Origin: Spirochaetota bacterium
GTDB lineage: Bacteria > Spirochaetota > UBA4802 > UBA5550
Direction of reading: 5' to 3'
DNA: 14,066 nucleotides
Assembly: GCA_050298055.1 (NCBI GenBank)
Contig: JBNKTL010000069.1
Span: forward strand, 1 to 14,066
Shown here: one piece after another, positions 7,327 to 14,066 of the stretch
Layout of the letters: each line of letters begins with the position of its first letter
Position numbering within the stretch: position 1 is the stretch's first letter
Program-made: the position numbers and the translations under genes
The notes under the pieces: model-generated
What the model was told of the DNA's origin: nothing
Databases searched by the model: none
The model's input: only the letters and a program-made list of their open reading frames with translations

Positions 7327-7465
7327 GAGGGATCAGGGGCATATGTTTACATTCACTGATTGTTCTTATAATTGGGGGGAAGTTTTCTTGAAATAGAAGA
7401 GAGTAAGGGAATTTTCTCATTACAGGAATGACCGGCAAAGGGAAGAGCTTTCTGACTAAATTTCA

Positions 7466-10400
7466 TCAGTTGGCTTTGGCCGATACTGCGGCATCAATAC
7501 CGTCCTTATGCTTCTCAAGCCGCGACAGCAGGCTATAGGCGCAGGGGACAACAAGGAGGGTAAGCGCGGTGGAAAAAACAATCCCCCCCAGCACAGCTAT
7601 GGCCATGGGGATCCGTGTCTCCGCCCCGGGTCCCAGGGCAAGGGCCGGAGGGATCGCGGCGGCGATAGTTGACATGGATGTCATGATAATGGGCCGGAGC
7701 CTGATGGGGCAGGCCTTCATAAGCGCCTCCCTGACGCTCAACCCCTCCCCGCGAAGCTGGTTGGCGAACTCCACCAGGAGGATGGAATTTTTCTTCACCA
7801 GTCCCAGAAGGAGAATGAGCCCGATGAGACTGTAAAGATTTATGGTCTGCCCGGTGAGGTAGAGGGAAACCAGCGCGCCGGTGAAGCTGAAGGGGAGAGC
7901 CAGGAGTATGGTGAAGGGATGGATGTAACTGTTAAACTGGCTCCCCAGTATCATGTAGGAGATAATGATCCCGATGACCAGCGCGAAGATAAGGCTGTTA
8001 AAGGATTCCGTTGAAGATTTGGATGACCCGGTTATCTGCGTGGTATACCCCGGGGGAAGGACCGTCCCTGCTATTTTTATCGCTTCGTCAACAGCCTCCT
8101 GCTGGGAGAATCCCGGCGCCGGGCTTGCGGATATGGTTACCGCCCGTTCCCTGTTGAGGCGGTTGATCTTGATAAGAGACTCTTTGTACTCTATCCTCAC
8201 AACGTCGGAGAGCCTCACCAGCTCACCGCGGTTGTTTCTCACATAGAGGTTCTTGATATCCTCAACCCGTTTCCTGAAAGGGGCCAGGAGCCTCACCCTG
8301 ATATCGTAGCGGTGGCCACCCTCGGTAAACTTACCGAACTTCTTCCCTCCCATGAGGGCGCTGATGGTATTCCCGATATCGATCATGCTCACTCCCCTGA
8401 GTTCTGCAGCCTTCCTGTCCGGGATAATCTGGGCCTCCGACTGCCCGATCTCGTAGTTGCTCCTCACATCCACGAGCATCCTGTTATTTGTCATTTTTTT
8501 CACGATTTCATTGCTGTATGCACCCAGCTTGTCCCAGTCGGCCCCCTTTACGGCAAATTCCACGGGGAATCCGTGCCTGGCGGAAAGTCCCCTCATGGAA
8601 AGGTCCCTGATCCCCACCCAGATCTTTTTATTGATCTTTACCAGGTCCTTTCTGACTTTCTGGGCGAACTCAGCCTGGGTGAGGGGGCGTTTCATTTCGG
8701 GGTCTACGGGCCTTTTATCATAGGGCTTCAGTGTAATGATGAGGTTGATGAGGTTGGAGTCCCATCCCTGGAAACCTCCCACAACGGTGTAAAGCTGTTT
8801 AATTATTTTTTGGCTTCCCAGGTATTTTTCCAGCTCCTTTGACACGCTGTCCGTATATTCAAGTGACGAGCCGGGGGGTGTTTTCACCATGGCGATAAAG
8901 AGGCTCTGGTCCTGCCGGGGTACAAGTTCTTTCTTCATGGGGATCAAAATAAGGAATGAGCAGAGAAAAATAACGGCAGATATGATTACCACGGGAACCC
9001 GGTGATTCAGGGCAATCTCAAGGGTCTTCCGGTAGAGCGAGGTAAGGGCCGCGAAAGCTCTGTTCACCCAGACGGTCACAATCCCCAGGCTTTCACCGGT
9101 TCTCATGAACCGGGAGCATCTCATGGGCGTGAGGGTAAGCGCCTCAAGGAGTGAAATGGCAACCGCAACGGATATGGCGACGCCGAACTGGAGGAAATAT
9201 TTTCCGATGATCCCCTCCATAAAGGCAACGGGGAGAAAAATGGCAATGACGGCGAGGCTCGCCGCAAGTGCGGCGAAGGTAATCTGCCTTGCTCCTGTCC
9301 GGGAGGCATCCACCCGTGACATGCCTCCCTCGAAGTAGCGGCTGATGTTCTCCATGACCATGATGGCGTCATCAACCACAATCCCGATGACAAGGGTCAG
9401 GGCCAGAAGGGTAAAGGTATTGAGAGTGTACCCGAGGAAATAGAGAACAATAAAGGTCCCCATAAGGGACGTGGGGATGGCAAAAATAATATTGAAGGTT
9501 GAACTGAAAGAGCCCAGGAAGAGAAGACACACGAGGCTTGTTAAAATAACGGAAAGGATGATATTAAAAATCAGTTCATGGGTGGATTCCTCAACATGCC
9601 GGGTAAAATCAATGGATGTCCTGAGCTGGTATCCCTTGGGGAGTTTTCCCTGGAGTTCTTTTATCTTTTTCGAAACCCCGCGGGCCACCTCAATGGCGTT
9701 TGAATTTCTCTGTTTCATGATGCCGAAACCCAGGGTGGGTCTCCCGTTAAACCGCGAGATCCTCCTCACATCGTCCGTTGAGTCCTCAACCCTGGCCACA
9801 TCCTTTATGAGTATTCTCCGGTAAATGGGAGAGGACCCCCGGGTTGTGATGGGGAGGTTAGCCACAGAGTTCACGGTTTCGGCCTCACCCATGGCCCTGA
9901 TGATAATCTCCTGCCTGTTTGCGTTTATCCTTCCGCCGGGGACCTCAACATGCTCCCTGCCGATAGTATTGAGGATGTCATCCACGGTAAGTTCATAAAG
10001 GGAGAGCTTTTTCCTGTCCACCCATATCCTCATGTTCCTGTCCACGTAGCCGCTGAGCCGGATATCGGCAACCCCCGGTATGGACTGGAACACGTTCTTC
10101 AGGTGGTGCCTCCCGTATACCATGAGGTCCTTCAAAGGTCCTTCATAGGAGAGGGAGACGTACATAATGGGGTAGTCTTCCGGGTTTCTCTTCCGGATGA
10201 CCGGGGGATCGATCCCTTCAGGGAGAAGTTTTTGCGTCTGCGCGATAACGGAATTTATTTCCTGCAGCGCAACGTCCACGTTGGTATCCATATCCAGCTC
10301 CACAAGGATAGAGCCCCTGCTGTGCTGGGATACGGAAGTGACCTCCCTGATCCCCTCGACGCTCATGATGGCGTCCTCGATAACGTCCACCACGTCGGTT

Positions 10401-10579
10401 TCGGTGATCTCCGGTGTCGCGCCTTCGTAGACCACATCAATATTTATGACGGGAAAATCAACATCGGGCATCTGGGAGACCCCCATGCGGCTGAAGGATA
10501 TCCCGCCGAAAAGGATGAGACCCAGCATAAGCATCCAGGCGAAGACATTGTTCCGGATGGAGAGATCGGACAGCGACAT
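7466..10579 (-). CDS. RND efflux permease, AcrB/AcrD/AcrF (HAE1) family
   Basis: About 1037 aa with PDVDFPVI, GIVVDDAIMVMENI, VFLP-like AIFLPVAFMEG, ALTLTPM, GLVKKNSILLVEF and RLRPIIMTS. ATG 10579 overlaps the stop of the TolC gene (TGATG); GTG 10582 is an alternative start. Confidence 0.96.
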   Translation of the reverse strand: MSLSDLSIRNNVFAWMLMLGLILFGGISFSRMGVSQMPDVDFPVINIDVVYEGATPEITETDVVDVIEDAIMSVEGIREVTSVSQHSRGSILVELDMDTNVDVALQEINSVIAQTQKLLPEGIDPPVIRKRNPEDYPIMYVSLSYEGPLKDLMVYGRHHLKNVFQSIPGVADIRLSGYVDRNMRIWVDRKKLSLYELTVDDILNTIGREHVEVPGGRINANRQEIIIRAMGEAETVNSVANLPITTRGSSPIYRRILIKDVARVEDSTDDVRRISRFNGRPTLGFGIMKQRNSNAIEVARGVSKKIKELQGKLPKGYQLRTSIDFTRHVEESTHELIFNIILSVILTSLVCLLFLGSFSSTFNIIFAIPTSLMGTFIVLYFLGYTLNTFTLLALTLVIGIVVDDAIMVMENISRYFEGGMSRVDASRTGARQITFAALAASLAVIAIFLPVAFMEGIIGKYFLQFGVAISVAVAISLLEALTLTPMRCSRFMRTGESLGIVTVWVNRAFAALTSLYRKTLEIALNHRVPVVIISAVIFLCSFLILIPMKKELVPRQDQSLFIAMVKTPPGSSLEYTDSVSKELEKYLGSQKIIKQLYTVVGGFQGWDSNLINLIITLKPYDKRPVDPEMKRPLTQAEFAQKVRKDLVKINKKIWVGIRDLSMRGLSARHGFPVEFAVKGADWDKLGAYSNEIVKKMTNNRMLVDVRSNYEIGQSEAQIIPDRKAAELRGVSMIDIGNTISALMGGKKFGKFTEGGHRYDIRVRLLAPFRKRVEDIKNLYVRNNRGELVRLSDVVRIEYKESLIKINRLNRERAVTISASPAPGFSQQEAVDEAIKIAGTVLPPGYTTQITGSSKSSTESFNSLIFALVIGIIISYMILGSQFNSYIHPFTILLALPFSFTGALVSLYLTGQTINLYSLIGLILLLGLVKKNSILLVEFANQLRGEGLSVREALMKACPIRLRPIIMTSMSTIAAAIPPALALGPGAETRIPMAIAVLGGIVFSTALTLLVVPCAYSLLSRLEKHKDGIDAAVSAKAN

Positions 10580-11940
10580 CACTTACCTTCCTTTTGCGTA
10601 ATCTCAGTCATGGCATTTTTTAAATCCGCTATTCCTTTTCCGCTGAACTCGTTTAACTCGATCCCCAGGCGAATCCTGTTATAGCTCAGCCGGAGACGGG
10701 AGTCTTCATACTCCTGTTTTGCCGAGCTCAGGGTTGTCAGGGCGTTGAAGACGTCGATAATGGTAACGAGGTTGAGCCTGTATTCGTGCATGATAACATT
10801 GTAGTTTTTCTCTGCGGAAACATAAGCGAGCCTGTATGCCTCCATTTCACCCCGGGAATTGTTCCAGGTCTGGTAGGCATCGGTAATGTTCCTCCCGGCG
10901 TTTTTTACGGTCTCCGCCAGTTTCAGTTCCGCCTGCTTCAGCGCGGATTTTTCTTCCCTGATCCGGGCATTCACCATACCGCCGCTGAAAAGGGGAAGTT
11001 CGGCTCCCAGTGACGCGTAGTAATCCTTCCCTGACCTCTTTTCCGTATGAAGCATATAGGCGCCTTCCAAATAGATACTGGGCAGGTGCTGCCCCCTGGC
11101 CGCGAGGACCCTGTTGTCCGCGGCCTTTACCGCTTCACGGGCAGCCCTGACATCCCATCTTTTATCAATGATTTTTTTGAGGGTTGTACCCGGGTCAACG
11201 GGGTCTTTCAACGTATGACCGGTAACGAGAACAGCATTAACGGGAATACCGGTCAGACTTGCCAGTGAAAGACGGGCGCTTGCAAGATCGGTTTCGTAGC
11301 CCTTTATCACCGACTGAAGGGAATAGATCTCGGAATTGATCCTGAGGACCTCGCTTCTCCTGCTTCGCCCGAGAGCAACCCTGCGTTTAAGCTCTCTCAG
11401 GACATTGTGGTAGAGACCCAGTATATGCTTTTTACTTTTCAGGTTGGTCATAATGATGGAAACCCGGTAAAAATTCATGCTTACGTCATTTAAAAGGAGG
11501 TTGATGTACTGGCTCAGTTCACATTTCCTCTGTTTTATCTCAGATCGGTAACCCCTGTAGGCTGAGATCTCATTAAGACCGGTAATGATGGACTGACGGG
11601 CATAGAGGTAGACACTGGACCGGAGAGATGAATACCTGTTCTGCTCGGGATAATTTAAGGCCCCCTTCAGGGATATCCGGGGAAGGAAGGAACCGAAAGC
11701 CTGGTCCTTTCTTGCCCTTGCAATAGTGATCTCCTCTTTTTTCACCATAAGGGGATTGTTATGCCTGATTGAAAGGGCGAATACATTGAAGAGATTGAGT
11801 TCCTCTTTGTCCCGGGAATTTTTAATATCTTTTTCGGTTATACCGCTTGCCCGGAGCAGAATGTTCTCCGGCTCACCGGAGAAAGCAGCGGTTGAAATGA
11901 GCGGGATGACACATAAAAAGGGAGCCAGGATTTTAAACAT
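10579..11940 (-). CDS. TolC-family outer membrane efflux protein
   Basis: Signal-peptide-like N-terminus; two OEP repeats (AFGSFLPRISL, ARGQHLPSIYL, ELPLFSGG, YRLNLVTIIDVFNA); translationally coupled to the RND gene. Confidence 0.9.
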   Translation of the reverse strand: MFKILAPFLCVIPLISTAAFSGEPENILLRASGITEKDIKNSRDKEELNLFNVFALSIRHNNPLMVKKEEITIARARKDQAFGSFLPRISLKGALNYPEQNRYSSLRSSVYLYARQSIITGLNEISAYRGYRSEIKQRKCELSQYINLLLNDVSMNFYRVSIIMTNLKSKKHILGLYHNVLRELKRRVALGRSRRSEVLRINSEIYSLQSVIKGYETDLASARLSLASLTGIPVNAVLVTGHTLKDPVDPGTTLKKIIDKRWDVRAAREAVKAADNRVLAARGQHLPSIYLEGAYMLHTEKRSGKDYYASLGAELPLFSGGMVNARIREEKSALKQAELKLAETVKNAGRNITDAYQTWNNSRGEMEAYRLAYVSAEKNYNVIMHEYRLNLVTIIDVFNALTTLSSAKQEYEDSRLRLSYNRIRLGIELNEFSGKGIADLKNAMTEITQKEGK

Positions 11941-12061
11941 ATGCCAGACAGATTTATTTCCTTAATAATTTTGATACTCTTTTTTTTGAAGTTATTTGTT
12001 TTCATCATACGGGTTATGTCAAAGCATTTTTATCCTGAGGGAACAGGATTATCCGGGGCAT

Positions 12062-13795
12062 CTACCCCTTAATAATACGGGGCAGGATCATCTGGTGGTG
12101 CGGGCAGATTGATTTCGGGTTCTGGTAAACAGCTCCTGCGAAGGTAACCAGGTATTTTCTCAGGTTCTTTAGCGCGACGATCTCATCAACATAACCCGCC
12201 TTGGCGCAGTAAGATGGCCTTGAATTTTCATAATACTCCCGGGCGATTTTATTCATGTTATCGAGCACCGGCTCAATGGGCCGTCCCGCGTCCTTCTCCT
12301 TCACCAGCCTTCTTGAGTACATGGCCACGGCAGCTGTCTGGCCGTGCATGACGTTGATCTCGGTTGTGGCGATGCCCAGGGTAAAGGCGTTGTGGTTGTT
12401 TGCCTGGGGGCCTCCCATGACATAGTGAGCGGCAGCGGTCCCCTTTCGGAGTACAACGAGCATCTGGGGAACATCGGTCTGCTGGATTGAATAGATAAGG
12501 CTCTGTCCCAGTCCCAGGAGTTCCGCCTTTTCCGCCTGGTCTCCCACGTCGATGCCGGTGGTGTCCTGGAACCAGATAATGGGGATCCTGTCCCTTCCGC
12601 AGAGAGTGACAAATTCGTTGAGTTTGATAAGGCCCTGCCTGTAGAGTTTGCCCCCCATTGCGGGATAATCGGCATATTCCGGGTATCCTTTTCCCAGGTA
12701 GCCCTGCCTGTTCCCGATACAGGCAACAAGAAAGCCATCCACTTTACACAGCCCCGCATAAACTTCAGGGCCGTAGCCGGGGCGAAATTCCATGTGTTCG
12801 CTCCCGTCAACCAGGCGGGCGAGGGCATCATCAAAGGAGTAGGTTTCCCTCTGGTTTACGGGGATGATATTATAGAGTTCGCTGTCCTTCAGTTTCGGTT
12901 CAGCGGGTTCGGCAACGCGGTAAAATTTCGGATTGTAGGAGGGGATCTCCTTCATATACTCCCTGAGCCCGTCAAGAACACCTTTTTCCTCTTCATAGAC
13001 ATACCGGAAAAAACCGGTCTCATCATAGTGGACCTTCACCGTACCGGGAGGATTGCTTTTAAAGTGACGGGTGGTTTCAATGAGATCTTCCGAATTTTCA
13101 ACGGTGAACTCCGCCTTGGGAGACATCCCGCTGACAATTCCGGCTCCCCCCACGGCAATATTGCAGTCCTTATGGGCAAAGAGAACGGTGGGGCTTATGC
13201 TCTGGTATCCGCCGCCTGCGGGATTGGTCCCGTAAATCCCCGCGAGAACAGGGATTCCCAACTGGTTCAACTCCGAGTGCCTGAAAAAGGGAGCCCCCGA
13301 ACCCCTCCTGTTGGCATAAAATTTCTCCTGCTCCGAAAGTTTGGCCCCGCTGCAGTTTACCAGCCAGACCAGGGGGATATTGAGCCTTTTGGCAAGGTCG
13401 GTGACCCGAAGGATATTTTCCGGCTGTCCCGGCATCCACGCTCCCGCCATGACCTTGTTGTCAAAGCCGATAATCACCGCCCACTTTCCCGATATCTTTC
13501 CGATACCGTCTATGACATTCGTGGTCCCTTCCTCATTATCTTCCGGATTGAAGAGCATGTGGAGGGGGGCCCATGTCCCCTCGTCTACCAGGTAATCGAG
13601 GCGCTGCCATATGGTCATCTGCCCTCTCTGGTTTATCTTCTCCCCGGGAAGGCCGGCATTTTTGACCTTTTCCACAAGTTCGTCGATTTCAGACTCGATT
13701 GTCTTTATCTCGCTGACATTTTCCCCGGTACGGGTTTTTTCTCTTTCACTTATCTCCTGACCAATCGCGGTCATTTTTTCAAAATAGGGTTTCAT
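12062..13795 (-). CDS. gcdA: Glutaconyl-CoA decarboxylase alpha (carboxyltransferase) subunit
   Basis: 577-aa two-domain carboxyltransferase with GcdA-typical segments: MKPYFEKM, DNKVMAGAW, VNCSG, YANRRGSG, YGTNPAGGGY, GGKLYRQGLIK, QDTTGIDVG, RKGTAAAHYVMGGP, SICPHHQMILPR. AGGAG RBS upstream. Confidence 0.9.
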   Translation of the reverse strand: MKPYFEKMTAIGQEISEREKTRTGENVSEIKTIESEIDELVEKVKNAGLPGEKINQRGQMTIWQRLDYLVDEGTWAPLHMLFNPEDNEEGTTNVIDGIGKISGKWAVIIGFDNKVMAGAWMPGQPENILRVTDLAKRLNIPLVWLVNCSGAKLSEQEKFYANRRGSGAPFFRHSELNQLGIPVLAGIYGTNPAGGGYQSISPTVLFAHKDCNIAVGGAGIVSGMSPKAEFTVENSEDLIETTRHFKSNPPGTVKVHYDETGFFRYVYEEEKGVLDGLREYMKEIPSYNPKFYRVAEPAEPKLKDSELYNIIPVNQRETYSFDDALARLVDGSEHMEFRPGYGPEVYAGLCKVDGFLVACIGNRQGYLGKGYPEYADYPAMGGKLYRQGLIKLNEFVTLCGRDRIPIIWFQDTTGIDVGDQAEKAELLGLGQSLIYSIQQTDVPQMLVVLRKGTAAAHYVMGGPQANNHNAFTLGIATTEINVMHGQTAAVAMYSRRLVKEKDAGRPIEPVLDNMNKIAREYYENSRPSYCAKAGYVDEIVALKNLRKYLVTFAGAVYQNPKSICPHHQMILPRIIKG

Positions 13796-13831
13796 TTAGT
13801 GTCTCCTGGAAATTTAATATTTCCCTCTTTT

Positions 13832-14065
13832 CTACTTGTTGGCTTTCCTGATTCCCAGCTGGTCAAGGGCAACGATCATTTTGCAGATGTTTGTGGACCC
13901 TTCAACCAGCTGGTAGGTGGGCGCGTCCCGGTAATATCGTGCCACCGGGTATTCGGTGGAGTATCCGTAAGCCCCCAGTATCTTCATGGCCGACTGGGAT
14001 GCCTTCACGGCAATCTCTCCCGCAAGGTATTTCGCCTGGGCGACTTCGAGGGTATTCCCCAGTTC
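13832..14065 (-). CDS. acd: Glutaryl-CoA dehydrogenase, non-decarboxylating (glutaconyl-CoA forming); last 77 aa only
   Basis: Not in the ORF track. Hand translation: ELGNTLEVAQAKYLAGEIAVKASQSAMKILGAYGYSTEYPVARYYRDAPTYQLVEGSTNICKMIVALDQLGIRKANK*. This is an acyl-CoA dehydrogenase C-terminus closely resembling the Desulfococcus multivorans enzyme as I recall it, and it lies directly upstream of gcdA. Confidence 0.88.
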   Translation of the reverse strand, partial: ELGNTLEVAQAKYLAGEIAVKASQSAMKILGAYGYSTEYPVARYYRDAPTYQLVEGSTNICKMIVALDQLGIRKANK

Positions 14066-14066
14066 C

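Noticed and set aside
7261..7453. CRISPR array or replication origin in the AT-rich spacer
   Set aside because: The repeats are too short and degenerate for CRISPR, and no clear DnaA-box cluster or rep/dnaA gene was seen.
9950..10684. 244-aa plus-strand ORF and other short ORFs inside the RND, hdrA and gcdA genes
   Set aside because: Antisense or alternate-frame shadows of well-supported genes.
12017..12049. Intrinsic terminator after gcdA and a TTGACA promoter for the TolC gene
   Set aside because: The hairpin lacks a downstream U-tract on the minus strand, and the TTGACA (12022-12017) has no good -10 at 16-18 nt spacing.

Overview
Chromosomal segment of an anaerobic diderm bacterium; the gene content resembles Desulfobacterota/Syntrophales-type organisms, but the taxon cannot be fixed from sequence alone. 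Left, + strand: an operon encoding a 5'-truncated tandem (double) HdrA-type flavo-FeS protein, an MvhD-ferredoxin fusion, HdrC and HdrB. The MvhD fusion really starts at 2631 and has an in-frame TGA (2685-2687) at a conserved Cys position followed by a SECIS-like hairpin, so it is a probable selenoprotein that the ORF track truncates. The HdrA/Sec-MvhD pair resembles BamE/BamF of class II benzoyl-CoA reductase complexes. Right, - strand, in transcription order: 3' end of a non-decarboxylating glutaryl-CoA dehydrogenase, glutaconyl-CoA decarboxylase alpha subunit, a TolC + AcrB-family RND pair with no adaptor gene, a small DUF2080-like protein preceded by six AT-rich GTAAT-type repeats phased at exactly 10 bp, a 428-aa membrane-anchored hypothetical protein, and a PhnA/YjdM zinc-ribbon protein. 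No rRNA, tRNA, CRISPR array or transposase was seen. All family assignments are by motif recognition, not database searches.
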